From NCBI GenBank assembly GCA_977017645.1, contig OZ360225.1:60016001-60080000 (forward strand): a DNA stretch of 64,000 bases, given 5' to 3'. Both the position numbers and the translations under genes were made by a program. This DNA comes from Torpedo marmorata (taxonomy: Eukaryota). Each line of letters opens with the position of its first letter. Within the stretch, counting starts at the first letter, position 1. The notes beneath the pieces were generated by a model. The model searched no databases. It saw nothing but the letters and a program-made list of their open reading frames with translations, and had not been told where the DNA came from. Shown piece after piece: positions 37,317 to 50,796 of the stretch.

Positions 37317-37950
37317 GACAAAACCAGGGGAAGTATAAAGATGAAACTTAAACCATTTAATCGTTTGGTGGAGTTTTACGAATTAATGTGCACACATACT
37401 CTATTGCATGCAAACCCAATTCGAATCAAATCAATCCTACAGCAACATCTCAATGAACATCTTGGCAAGGGTAGCAGGCGGTTCTTTATGAAGCCCAGAC
37501 TAAGAAAAAATTCTGCCCAAGCAAAGCTCCACAGAAATAAATACATGTCCAAACGCACATGACTAACCAGACCCTCAAAAGCATGTAACGCCAATCGACA
37601 GTATAATTGCTTCTGCAAGTTCGGGCATTTGGTTTGATTTATATGCTTCCTAATTCCTTTGCTCATTAAAGGAGCACAACTGTAAATAATTCCTTAAATC
37701 CACACCATCGTGCAGAGACTGAGATACACAGGGCAGAATTATTTTGTGTGAGCGTCCCCGCTGCACCAGAATTTAAATGGCCAAAGGTTATGTAGCAAAT
37801 CATCATCTCTCTCTCTTAATTGACTTAATTCCCCGGTTTGTCATTCGGTGCTGCATGCAACAAAACTCCAATAAAGCAATGGGAATCTGTTGTACTCCAT
37901 TACGTCGGTAGGTAAGGTGTTAGATTTGAAGGAAAATAAATAGAACTTGC

Positions 37951-38002
37951 CTTTTTTAATGACGGTGTGGTCGTGGATGTTAATGCCTTGATCATCAACA
38001 TG
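37951..38002 (-). CDS. TFAP2A: TFAP2A exon 3 (52 bp) with a GC donor
   Basis: atttcag acceptor. Encodes HVDDQGINIHDHTVIKKG. Donor AAG|gcaagt; the phase matches exon 4. Confidence 0.93.
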
Positions 38003-38707
38003 CTGAAATTGAATTTTTAAAATATTACTATAAACTTGTCGAAGTAAAAACATGTCTTTATCATGGCAGGAATGACATGAAACTGAGTCACGTTAGAAGT
38101 TGTTAAAATCCACCCAATAAATATAATAATGCGTGCATTTAACCACAGCCTGATAATCCCCGTTTCCTTTTCAATACATAATTTTAATATTCGTTGTGGT
38201 ATTTTAGGTGTTTTGTAAAAGGTTGAAGTTCTGAGGATTGTATTTTCCCTTTGTAAGGTAGAATGTGTGTGTGTGTGGGGGGGGGGGGTGTTGGAAGGGG
38301 GTTGGGGACGGTTGGGGGTGTCAATCGTTCTACTGCCCATCCCAGCAGTTTTTTTCCCTCTCCAGAAATGCATTTGTCCTCAGCTTTTACTAGTTATGGG
38401 GGCCATTAAGTAAGAGCAAATCTGCTCATTCCAACATCGACACACACTGTCGGAATATGTTTACCAATTTGACATGAATTCTACCGAGACTGAGCGATTG
38501 GCAATCACCGCAAAACACCCAGTTCATTTACAAATACCAGTCACTTCCAAATCGCCGCTGCGATGTCAGTTACCGACCTAGCATCGGTTTTTACCCTTTG
38601 TTACTTATTATTGCATCTTCGTTCCTGTACTTCCCGTTGTTTTCTTTTTCTCCCAATTAAAATGTGAATCAATCAGACACGCGCAACTCGCCCCATTTAT
38701 ATGTGTG

Positions 38708-38739
<32 letters not shown>

Positions 38740-40197
38740 ATTTTAAGCGTGTTTAGCTTCAAACCAGTTCTTAAAATTAACGCTGGAAACTGCCTCTATT
38801 AACCATCCATTTAAAATGATCAACAGCGTGACTCGACCAACTGAGATTCTGTGGGTTTTTTTTCAAACCAAGAGCCGTTTTGCTTAAAAGGTTTACAATC
38901 CAGGAGTCTATAATCTTTAAAAGGCATAGAAAAGAATATATTTCCCAGTTAATCGTGGCTAAAGGCGACCATCAAAAATGTACAAAATTGGCAACACTTT
39001 GACAGTCTGAAGAATTGACACCGGGGTGTTCAAGAGGCTTCATTATAATAATTGCACTCCAAAGCGGCAGGCTCTCCTACAAATATAAATACTGAACAAT
39101 AATTCACCAAAGTAAGAACTTTTTAATTGCTGTATCACACACAGTCGCACCAAAATAAGCGGAATCATTTAGACTTTTTTTTTGTTCTCCTTATCCTCCA
39201 CTTTTTTTTCATCATCCTAATATGGCTTTATTATTCATTGTTCTCTAGGAGTAACGGGACCGCATATCACACGGTTAAAGCTGTATTTTAGGCTTGATTA
39301 CAGCAGATTTGTGTTTGTGTGTGTACGCGCGCGAATGTGTGTTAAAGAGCCAGTCACATTTAAGCAAAGTATGGCCGCAGGTATTAAGTGGAATGTTGAA
39401 CAGCTTTCAATCGCACTATGCATTCATAATGAATATTTGTTTGGAAGTGAATGCATGAAGGTTTCTTGGTTATGAATATTTTACGAGAGCTTTGAGATCT
39501 GCATTTTTGTAAAACGAAATTAAAAGCATTGTTTCGAAACAAAACATTGCCTCAAACCAAGACGACCAACAGAGCGGTTGGTTTTCATTCTACGCGTTTT
39601 TTTGTTTGCAAGATAAGCAATATCTGCTTATAAATATTTCAGATTATCGTTGAAGGTAGAAATTCATATTGCGATATAACCTAAGAATTCAATTTCTCTC
39701 TCCACTGAATAATGGTCAATTTAGCACAATACAAACATGTGCCCTTTGCATTTTTACATGCACCATAATAATAACCCAACAATGAGCAACGGAGATGAAA
39801 TTAGCCCAAATAAATCAGTGTAAGTGATGAAACATTACTTATTTTCTCGGGAGAAAGGAATTGAAGCAGCTTCAAAATGTTTTTAAAAACATACAATATT
39901 CGGCTGTGAAGCACTGTACAAAATATAGATTGAAATAAATCTGTTCTGCCAAGTTGAAAGATTGAACAAGACACACAGTACTCTGTACTCTGGTGGGGGC
40001 TAATTGTTTACAAATTGCAAACATAAAGTTAAAACGGGGGCGTTCAATTTAATTAATTGAAGAACATAAATATCTATTTTGGCTATTGAAACTAATAATC
40101 TGTTCATAATTTAATGCATAGCAGCAAATGTGTTCTCCAGCGTTTATATTGCATTTTTGTTGGATTTGTGCTGTCTTATAACCAGATACAAAATAGC

Positions 40198-40272
40198 TTT
40201 CCAAATATTTTTACTTTGAAATTCTAACGCAAATATTTCCAAATATTTTTACTTTGAAATGCTAAAGCAAAA
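40198..40272 (+). repeat. 38-bp tandem duplication in intron 2
   Basis: TTTCCAAATATTTTTACTTTGAAAT(T/G)CTAA(C/A)GCAAA occurs twice. Confidence 0.85.
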
Positions 40273-40401
40273 ATTGTACGACTGGTGTGTGGGGTGAGGG
40301 GCGCTCCCAGATTTGAAAATATCTCATTAAACAGCAGGGGGAGGGGAAAATTTGGAGAATGAAATGTACAATAAAACTCCCATGGGCCGCAAAGAAGTTA
40401 C

Positions 40402-40833
40402 CTGTACATCCTCGATGGCGTGTGCGATGCTGTGGATGGGTAATGAATCTCCAAGGCCGGAATCGAGTCCGTGGGTGCTGTGAAGCAGGACCTCGGGCCG
40501 CCTGTAGTCCCTCCGTGGGTCCAAGCCAGCCAGCTGCGGCAGAGTGCGGTGTTGGTGCAGGATGCCCGCCTCTTGGTTCTGTCTCTGCGGCCAGGTCGGG
40601 TGTTGCGGCTGCGGCTGCGGGTGCAGAGAGTTGAGCGAGTAGGGGTCGTTCACATGGGAATAAGGGTCCTGCGACTGCGGGTAGATGGGTTGGTACGGTG
40701 GAGGGAAGTAAGGTGGTTGGAAATCCGTGTTAGGGGTGTGAGACAACGGCGGGGCGGTCGGATATGGAGACTGGCTGACTGTCCCTATCTGGGGCAAACG
40801 TGGAGTCCCATTACTGGTTCCATCGTGTCGATC
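40402..40833 (-). CDS. TFAP2A: TFAP2A exon 2 (432 bp, P/Q-rich activation domain with PPPY motif)
   Basis: gtttcag acceptor and gtaact donor. Encodes [53 protein letters not shown], which identifies the alpha paralogue. Confidence 0.97.
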
Positions 40834-41058
40834 CTGAAACGAAATCAGACATTGAGATGGCATTAAAAACAATTTAAAAATAATTGCAGGCATTACTTAT
40901 TCGTTCTGTTTGCATCATTGCAATCACAAGTTTTAACCGTAACAGGAATACGTGGAAAGTGGGGCGAATTCAGCAAAATATTATTCCACAGGGTTCAAAA
41001 TCGAAAGTGCTACCAGTTGGGGTTTGTTTAAATCTAGTGGCATCTCACTGTAACTCAC

Positions 41059-41085
41059 CATCGTCGAGAAACTGTGCACTAACAT
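41059..41085 (-). CDS. TFAP2A: TFAP2A alternative first exon, 1b type (MLVHSFSTM)
   Basis: ATGTTAGTGCACAGTTTCTCGACGATG|gtgagt, phase 0. Matches the mammalian MLVHSFSAM isoform. Confidence 0.92.
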
Positions 41086-41634
41086 CTGCGGACAGTCTGA
41101 TCTGAGTTCGTCAGGGGGAAAAAAGAGAGAGACCTAGAGTGGGGAAAATTGGAAAAAAACAGTCCAGTACTATACAACTACAACACGAACACAACGCCGG
41201 GAAGTCACATGCAGGATCAAGGGAGCGGAATCCATCAGTACTTGAAAAATGTCTTCATTGGGAATAACACACATTAAAAAAAATCACGTTTGTGTATCGT
41301 CACGTCGATAGATTTTTTTCAAACTTTTTCCCCCTTTCTCCTCAACTAACAAGGAGCAGCGGATTCAAGTCCGCACATAATAGCAAATATTCATGACTAT
41401 TAATATTACACGAATACTTAATAAGGGAAAAATGCTCGGAAATCAAGCGTGAAGCGAGGAAGCAACTGAAGGCTGTGTCTGTTATAAATGACGTCCATTG
41501 AATAAAGATTCAGTGTATCTAATCAGAGAGAGAGAGAGAGAGAGAAAAGAGGGGGACACACCGCTGGGTCTGACGAATCACAATGAAGAAGAGAACATTT
41601 TAAAGTGATCGAGGGCATGCGAAAGTGAGTGAGT

Positions 41635-41667
<33 letters not shown>

Positions 41668-41747
41668 GAAAGGGATGGAGACACAAAGATAGAGAAAGAA
41701 AGGAATGAGAGAGCGAGAGAGAGGGTGAAACAAGAAGGAATTTGCAC

Positions 41748-41909
41748 CTCGTTTTCGTGTGAAAATCCAGAGAATGCTAAAGGCATGTCGGCGGGCACTC
41801 GCTTCCTGGCTGGTGAGAGGCTGCCCGCGCCCTCAGCTCTCTTCCTTTTGAGATCTTTTCCCGGAGATGTGTTCTGCCCTGATCCTGGGTCACTAGTACC
41901 CTGGTCCAT
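41748..41909 (-). CDS. Candidate additional TFAP2A first exon (54 aa, basic clusters)
   Basis: Strong Kozak (ACGATGG), 54 open codons, phase-0 donor GAG|gtgcaa (weak). GC-rich and followed by a pyrimidine-rich repeat. Confidence 0.4.
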
Positions 41910-43084
41910 CGTACAACGGGTTAAAAGTTAAGAGACAGAGGGAGCAACAGAGACACTATGGAGTCTCGGAAGCCCTCATTCGTTTCCACGTACTTCTACG
42001 CAAGGCTGCTCCCTACAGCGATCCTGAAAAACACCACTTTTGTCTAAACTCAGGCCGAAGCCAGTTCCAAATAAATGGATTTCAGCTTTGATCGTTAACT
42101 CTCTTCGCCGGAAGATTGCGCCGTTCCTTCATACTTTTCTCTGCTTTCTTTTTGAAAACTTTTTTTTTCAAAAAAGCCTTCGGTTCCGAGGGGAAAGTGA
42201 AACTCAAGGGCTGTCTAGTTGAGCTCCTGGAATGAGCTATCTTCTAGCCCAGCTCTGTAAACCCGTTTGACCGGCTGTACAACTACGAAAAACAACTCCC
42301 CCAAATAATACCTAGCAAACTCTGCAGATCAACTTTCCCAATCCGGGTATAGTCACGGCCTTTAACCATTACCACCTTACTGTCTGCTGTCGATTTTACA
42401 CACATACACACACACATACACACACACATTTACGTAAATCTTTTAATCATAACGGCAACATTATATTTTTGTGCAGATTTCAATGTTTTCACTGGGCGGT
42501 TTGGGGCGAAAGGAACGGGACGAATGTTTATGAACAAATGCAGAGGGATACAAATTTTAGTTGATGGCAATTAATTGAAGTTTACGACAAAAACATGCAT
42601 TGCATTCAGTTACGTCAGAATTCGCTGCATGGCTTTATGGCGATGGTGTGGTTAACTTAACATTTTTAACATTTTAATGGTATTTCTACATCGAAACCGT
42701 CTGTTACCAAATGCCCTTGTAAATATTTTATTTTAAATATCAACAGACGAAAGTTTGCAGCCAGATTTATTAATTAGATATATTTCAGATTTCTTAAACC
42801 TCGTTTTTTTGTATTGTTTACAAGCGGGGAGCTACTGACACACAATAGGTTTGCACACTACAATCTGAGATTGCGTTATTATGTTGCTTTATCAAGCCGA
42901 ATGTCTAAATATGCTTCGTTTTTATTTTGCTGCATCTATCGATTTGTGGAAGAATGTTAATGCTTAAAGAAATCAGTTGCATTGTTTGATTTACGCTGGA
43001 TGTTATGGATAGATGTTTTTGTTCTCTCGGCGTTGCATTGAAAACTGCATTTTATTTTTTGAAAGCTAATATAAAATTTCTTAC

Positions 43085-43135
43085 CTCACACTCTTCATAT
43101 TTGATATTGTCCGCTAATTTCCACAGCATTCTCAT
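43085..43135 (-). CDS. TFAP2A: TFAP2A alternative first exon, 1a type (MRMLWKLADNIKYEECE); gives a 439-aa protein
   Basis: ATGAGAATGCTGTGG..GAGTGTGAG|gtaaga. Contains the IKYE SUMO consensus. Exon lengths 51+432+52+232+119+142+292 = 1320 bp. Confidence 0.95.
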
Positions 43136-43229
43136 GGATTGGTGTAAAAGTGGCTGGCGGGGTGTATCAGAAAGCGGACAGTCCCGTACAGAGAGTGTGT
43201 GTTGGTTTAGAGCTCTGTATGTGCTCTGA

Positions 43230-43420
43230 GATCTCCCTCTAATGGTCGCTCGAGTTCCCCTCTCAGCTCTTTAGTAACTCGCTAATAACAGCCCAATTAG
43301 CATATGAACGCCAGCCAAACGTTCAGGCAACCGCATTACTGCTCCAATGGACACAGGTACAGATCTTTACCCTGTCGACTGATAATGGACGTCAACATAA
43401 ATACATCGTGAGGTGCACGG
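43230..43420 (-). promoter_or_regulatory. Probable exon-1a promoter / 5' UTR region
   Basis: Octamer variant ATGCTAAT (43303-43296) overlapping a CCAAT box, a second CCAAT near 43344 and a CRE-like GACGTCA near 43389. An octamer is known to matter for the mammalian AP-2 alpha promoter. Confidence 0.55.
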
Positions 43421-46400
43421 CATCTTATAATTGCACACCGAGCCATTTATTATATTGGATTGGAATCTCAAATTGTTAACTTATCGGCCATTGTGTCGAT
43501 GCGCAGAAACTCTTTCCCTTATAGACATAACGATGATAATTCAGTGTTTAGTTTATACGATGTTACTTTCCCAAGAGACTCATAATCTTATTGAAACACA
43601 GGGGCTCAATTGTTCAAAGTGCTGTTTTACTTTTTAATAAGAACTAACCACGATGAAGTGCATTTTAAATTTTCACCAAGTTAAATGATATCTCTACAAT
43701 ATTAATAAATTATATATATATATTTCAAGCAGCTATTAATGTCATACTTCTTTATGCATTAAGCAACCAACTTCCTTTCGCGTTGTCATCGAATAAACAA
43801 ATAGATTTAACATTTACCTATTTTACAACGGATGTGCTTAAATAGATTACGACTGACAGCGATTTCATTACCCTTGCTATTTTTACACCATTTCCCCGGG
43901 GAAGTTCAGATGAAGCAGGTAAAGAAATCCAGTTTTTTTTTCATCGTGCAATTTATTTCTCGGAGACTTTCAGCCTATTAGGACAGTGGAATGAAGTGGT
44001 ACTAAAAGCTTTGTTAATCAGATGCTTTGCTGGCATCCGTACGAAACAGTGGGTCTGCTCAGGAGAACTTCATTCGAAATTTACCTCCCTTTGATATTTA
44101 CAAGCCTTTAAATAACAAGCGAGTAAAGTGTGGGTTTACCACCAATTGATGTGGAAATCGGGTTGTTATGTAGCTATTTGAGACCACGCATAAACAGCGA
44201 CTTAAAAGCAAACTATTTCGAACCAGGCCGTCTTCCAACTCGGTTCGCTGTCTTTTACCTGGGAGTTGTTATCATAATAAATAGCTAATTGACTTTGAAT
44301 TATGAATTGAGACGCAAGGTCTTTCTTCCAAGGTATAAAGTTTAGACTCAACACAGGTAATCGGTGTGGCCAGATATAGGCGTCGTCTTTAATTAATCTT
44401 CATTACCATTTTTGGTGGAGCTCCGGGATAAAGATGTCATCAAGACCTATTGTCTTTAATTAGAAGACCCGAAATATCAACGGCTTCAACATACCTCGCT
44501 CCAAAACACCAAATACTTTGATGCACGATGAAAAATAATTCCTACCTTCATCTTGTGCGAATGACAGTGAACATTGCATCTTAAGCGAGGTAAAAGTATT
44601 TTGCTTGAACCTAAAGATATTTTAAACCTCTTGTCTATCGAGCTAATACAATGCATTCATAAACGCGGTGTTCACCTACTGCATGTCTTTTCTTAATGCG
44701 TTCGTTTCTCAGAAGACACTTACAAACAATACCACCTAGTTTTCAGATATTCAGAAAGTTATTTTTTACCTGCTCACAATTCAGCTGTTAAGTATATATT
44801 CAGGACCTGTTCTTTTGCATTACGGCATTTTATATTTTCAGTTGTATCAGGTGGAAGGGAAGCAATCCCCAAAATGTCCAGTTCCTGAATTAAAACTAAT
44901 AACACTTTGATATAATCAAGGTTCAAGGCACTATAAGGCGCTATCTGTAACTTAACGCCTGGTTAATTTAAAGAATATATAACGATGTGATTCGTGTTAC
45001 TTTTTGCTTAAATGATACACTGGAATATACAATTATGCATGGTATTCGTTTGTTGTGAAGGGGTTTGAATCCTTCACTATCAATTACTTCACTAGAAGGC
45101 TCGTTGGGAATTTCGTGCAAATAGACATTTTAGATTTTTTTTCATAAAATGAACCGTCAGCTGGTACATCAAAATGCAATGAATAATTAAATGCTATGTA
45201 ACAACTGGGAAGAAATAATTACGTCTGGAGAGTTTGAAGTAGTGTTCTCGTTTTTGTGAAAGTATTTGAGAATAAAACAATTTGGAAATATCTTGGAAGC
45301 TCCCCCCACCTCTCCAATTTGCTGTCATTTTATTTAAATAGAAATCTGTGCACCTGGCCACATAAGGATGTCCCTCGAAAAAAGAAAAATTTTCGGGGGG
45401 TGGTGGATGAGGAATTCGCATCATATTGTTCGGTTAAAAATCTTGGTGCAATGAATTGAGATTAAATGCAATAAAATAATATTTCTTGTTTAAATTCACC
45501 GAATGCACTCATGACGAGTAGTATTTAATTTCTCTGTGCACCTGTTGCATTTATTATTGGCTATTACAAAAAAAATCATATCTATGATATCTAAAACACA
45601 AATTTTAATGACGCACAGAATGGAGGGAATTTTGAATGCTCATTTACCACCTGACATGTTTAACGCCTTAGAAGCACCTAAACTGAGCATGCGTTTTGGT
45701 CATTTTGATGCTTTTTTAGTTTCCCAGTGACAATATTAAATACACCATTGATAGGTACGTTAATGATTGATAACGTTCTAATACATAATATTTGAAACCA
45801 AAATCACCCGTTGTATGTTTTCTCCATAGAAAGACATATTTCAATAGATTCTGGTGTTATTAGTCCCTATGCTAACAATCAGCATCACTCAAACGTTTTG
45901 AGTGGAAACGTTTTGTTTCAGGTGACAGAATACCTCTTTTTAATTTCTTAAGAATTTACCCAAGTTGCACGACAGTGCCACCTCCCATCCCGTCCCACAA
46001 ATAAAGTTGTTAATTATTGCGAAGTTTAAAACTTACTTCACGTAACCCCAACTTTTAAACAGAATTGAGATTCTTGCAGATATGTGCACTCAACGCAACA
46101 TTTCAATTCAAGACTAGAATCACTAACATACTATTTGACCCTAATGTTTAAATTCCGGGTAAATGTTGAGCTGTAAAATTAATAAGCTGATTTGTAGAGA
46201 GTAACTCCTACCGACGCTGCCTGACCTGTTGAGTTCTTCCAGCATTTTTGTGTTTTACTACAATCATAGCGTCTGCAGAATTTCGTTTATACAAACTTTT
46301 ATTAATCTGTGATTGGTGTCTCATTCAAAGGTTAAAAACTTAAAATATTCGACGTGATTAATAAAATCTGATGCTTTACTGTCCACGCAAAGTAATTGAT

Positions 46401-47143
46401 TACCAAGTAGGTTTTGCAATAAACTTTAAATTAATTACGTATTTTGCAATCAGTCTGCCAATACATATCAAATGCTAATCGCGTATAATGATTAAGAATA
46501 AAAATGTAGAATAATAACTTTGTACTTCTTTTTTATTCAACGTGTTAAACATGTCCAAATTCAGCAACATAGTAACATTGCTCTATGCAATATCACACAA
46601 ATGCAACAAGTACTGAGATGAAAGGTTAGAGTAGATTTCTTTGTGTTTTTTTAATCACAGTGTAATTTGCCCCAAGTAATATGACCATGCCCGTAATGGT
46701 GTCTTTTTTTTCTTACAAATCTGGAAAGCTTTTATTTACTACAAATTCAATGCAAAACATAGGAGACAAAGGTAAAAGGGCTGAGGACATATTGCTGAAA
46801 CAAGTTTTTGCACAGCCCATAGCAAAAAAATCTAATTATGTATTCGGAACTGTTGATTTTTTTATCTGACTTGAGCTGTTCGGAAAATTAAATCCTTATT
46901 TTATTCAATCGCAAACTACTTACAACTTTGTTTCACCAGGTAAATACAAGTATTGGTGGAAAGCTCGGACTTAAGGACTTCAAGTTCCCAATTCTTCGTT
47001 CCAGTGCTTGTATTTATTCATTGTATATATACTCACGATAGAATATGAGACACTTCTTAAAGAACAACTTTCAGCAGCTAGTGAAATGCTAGCAGCCTGT
47101 AGGTTGTAATGTTGAAGCCATGTTTTAATAATTCTCGACATAC

Positions 47144-47176
47144 CTGCCAGTCGCTCATTTTGCCCAGTATCGACAT
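47144..47176 (-). CDS. TFAP2A: TFAP2A alternative first exon, 1c type (MSILGKMSDWQ)
   Basis: ATGTCGATACTGGGCAAAATGAGCGACTGGCAG|gtatgt, phase 0. Matches the mammalian MSILAKMGDWQ isoform. Confidence 0.93.
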
Positions 47177-47411
47177 ATTGCCTGGAGATGTCCGTGTTCC
47201 CGTCAAAGGATCTGCGAACTGTTGAGTAATTTCTCCTTTTACCTCTACAGAATCATCTCACCTGGTCATAAAGTGCTGGGTGCCACCTGCCTGCGCCTGC
47301 GTACTCGCCAGGAATGTCAGAAACTAACAGCCTGTCTCAGCATTGATGGATTTACTGCAGACATGTACTTCTGCGTCCAAAACATCTATTCAGCCACCAA
47401 ATCTCATCTGG

Positions 47412-47544
47412 NNNNNNNNNNNNNNNNNNNNNNNNNNNNNNNNNNNNNNNNNNNNNNNNNNNNNNNNNNNNNNNNNNNNNNNNNNNNNNNNNNNNNNNNN
47501 NNNNNNNNNNNNNNNNNNNNNNNNNNNNNNNNNNNNNNNNNNNN
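47412..47544. other. Assembly gap (133 N) just upstream of exon 1c
   Basis: Run of N. Confidence 1.
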
Positions 47545-47748
47545 GAACTTTTGTGGGAGCTTGTTACCTGCAAATGGTATCTGCAATTACTGAAAGTGTT
47601 GTGAAGCCTACTTCAGAAGATGGGGGGAGGGTAAGAATACTCAGTAGAGCAGTTCCCCAGCCTATGTAAAGGTGCAGAGTTTGCTATATATAGGCAGAAA
47701 ATCTGAGAAAGGAAAGAATCGACTTCAGCAAGTGGTTGAAACGTCTTA

Positions 47749-47790
<42 letters not shown>

Positions 47791-50751
47791 CGCTTTTTAA
47801 CTCTAAAATTAACTGGGTACAAACATAACAAAAGAGACCCTATGTGTAGCATTGAAATCCACCGACCTGCTGCGTCCTCTCCACAATAGAACTAGTGTGC
47901 ATCTTGCTTTGTCTCTGATGGCCGGCGTCGGGATTTGTTTGGTGTTCTTTATTTTGTGTGATTATTGTTGCTCGTCTATGTTGTGCGCGGATTTCCTTAT
48001 GTCATTTTTTTTCCAAAGAGCACCGACAAACTGTTATCGGCATTTAAAACACCAGGAAGGTTACATTGTGAAATACAATTGTATGTAAAAGCGAGAGGCG
48101 CGGTTGGAAGCAAAGAGTAGCCAATCTAATAAAGATATTGAAGCTATCAGCTTTAAAATTATAATGACGATATTATTTCCGTATTATAAAGAATATGTAC
48201 ATATGTAACAGCATATGATTATAGAGAATATAACGTTGATTAAAAACAATTTACTTAAATTATTCTTCCACTTTGTTACTAATTTTACTTTGACCATTGT
48301 GCTTGTGACAGGTGTTTTACAGTAACTTTAAGACTGCTCTGCATCAATGTCATGGTGCAAAGTACTATTTTTTTTAATAAAGTAAGTCTACTTACTAGTG
48401 CACTAGTGACCATGTTACAAAGATATTCACTGCTCAGCCAGGTATCATATCTTGATTCCGTGGCTATTAAAATGAAGCCATTCCGTAATCACTTAATCTA
48501 ATTAGGAATAGGAGTGTATTTGTGACTTTAGAGAATTAGAGTTTTGTTTTGCTATTTTCAACTTTTTAAAGGAAATTCCTTAGGATAACCTCATAATACG
48601 GACGTACTTATTCCAAAGCCAGATTATGCTAGGTGAATGGGTTGTTACAACTTTTAAAAGTCTCCTAAGATTTCAATTCAGTATCAGTTACACTTCATCG
48701 CACGGTATCGGTCCTGTTACAGAAATGCAAAAAGTGGTCTCAAAGATATTTGATGCATAACATATTCGTGAATATCTTTGCCATAAATTCTTTTGTGAAT
48801 ATATTAGTTATAGCTTTCTCTGTGCGCAAAGAATGCAGCCAAAGTTTTTACAGAATGCCAACTGCTTCTTTATTTGCATTGCCACTATCCTCTATAATAC
48901 TGCGTTTTCCCCCTCCGTGTATATTATTTGTATGCAGTATTTAAGCGTTAAGCGTATTCCAGACCAACATTGAGTGCTGGGTCTTCTAGATTTACCCGCG
49001 TGGATCAGTGGAAATACCCATTTTAGCCTACGTTTAACGTCCACCTAATTTGGTGACTGAACTAATAAATGCAGAAATTTTATCATGAGTCATTTATAAC
49101 TTTTGGGTCATATTTCGTTCGTGCGTGTTCCTGATGTGGCCTGTAAATGAAATGTCACAGTGTACTACCCATCTGCATTTTTTTTACAGTTCTATCATAA
49201 TAGTCCATTGGAGATTATCATTATCTTCGAAATTATTTTCAAGTAAAAATCAAGAGATTAGATAGATAAGCGAGTTTAGCGCAACTGACCAGCCAATGAT
49301 TGGCTTGACTTTAGCCAGTGGAATAAGAAATCTTTACCAGTAATAATTGTAATTCCGTCTATAATGTACACTGGTTGTGTGTGTTCGTAAATATTATTAG
49401 CACTTCAACATCAGAACACCAGAAACACTCCCGGTTATTGAACTGTGTGATTGCAAAATTGAAGGTCATTGCAACAATACTGAAGTTAAAGTTTCAGAAT
49501 TCTTGGGTGCTGGAAATAATTAAATTTTTTTTTTCTGAAAATCCGGGCACGTAAAAGTTATATTGTATATATATATTGATTTTATATTTCACTTCTAATT
49601 TCAGAGAGCAACGTGCATGTAGGTTATCTACTGCAAGGAGGCGCTTGACTTGAGTAATGAAGCATGAAATGTGCGAATCCCCACCGGAGCTGCCAGCACT
49701 TAGAAAGATTATACTGGCCGGTTCAAGTTACCAGAATTAGTGCAGCTCACAAATTAATTACAATGCTGGCATCAATTTATTCTGTTTAGAGTTGGGAGAA
49801 AAAGAACCAGGGAAGCGAATCGTTGTTTACATTTTATTACAAGCGCCGTTTCCGTGTTCTCGATAGATTCTGGCCAGCTTGCTCAAAGTTTGATTGAACA
49901 GAAAATTTTCTGCAGTAATACAGGATATTGACATCTAACGGGCAGGCACATTTTGCTACAGCAAGTACTTACCCAAAATCTTTTTAGTTCCTGGGAATTA
50001 TATTAGTGCATAAGCATTCGCTGCGCTTTTAATTACACAAGGTAGAAATGTCCACGCAATGTTTTAAACTATACAAATTCACTAACACGGTGCATTGTTT
50101 CCGATAAACGTGTTCATCTATATCAGAAAACCAGGCCAGAGATGTTGGTATGCGTTGTCATAAATGCTGTTGATTTTTAAGAACTTATTTTTAAAGTATT
50201 GTCTAAAATATGGCGATTTTAAATCAAAAAAGTAACTATCAGTTTAAAGCTTTCCATTTTCTGAAAATAAGCTGGAATTAGTTGAAAATATGCCGTTTTA
50301 TCTCGTCACGCATTATTGCTGTTGTTTTGATTTTTTTTTAGAATGAACCCTGGATTAAACTTTGTTAAAGCACAGTTTTTTTTTTCTAAAATCAAGATCA
50401 AGTAAAATTTCCCATCTACTGTTTCCCAGGCTTGCTTCAAATGTACGCTACAGCAATGACGGGATGCAGACCTGAACTCGGAAAAGAAGTCAGCGCGGCG
50501 TTTATTCAGGATCGAAGATCTGAAACCACCTTTGGTCGGGGTTGCGAATTCTCTTTGGAAAATGAAGTGACAATGGTCCTGCACCTGCACTTCACAAATA
50601 ATATTTTTTAAACCGCATATATGCAGTAACAAATAACACATTTCTGAGACGGATACTTCAAGTCAAATTGACAGTTGTGATTCCGGATCTGTCTTCCAAA
50701 AAATATCCACTTACAACGCAACCAGATAATTAGAGATTGTATTTTGATGAC

Positions 50752-50752
50752 G

Positions 50753-50796
<44 letters not shown>

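Noticed and set aside
40359-40866. Plus-strand ORFs of 91 and 131 aa (also 35503-35955, 34818-35063 and 30446-30649)
   Set aside because: They are antisense shadows of TFAP2A coding exons, with no independent protein features.
45886-45904. Hairpin CACTCAAA-CGT-TTTGAGTG
   Set aside because: An 8-bp stem is expected by chance in 64 kb and is too short for a pre-miRNA.
37094-47669. ORFs containing X runs at 37.1-37.35 kb and 47.2-47.7 kb
   Set aside because: They are artefacts of reading through assembly gaps.
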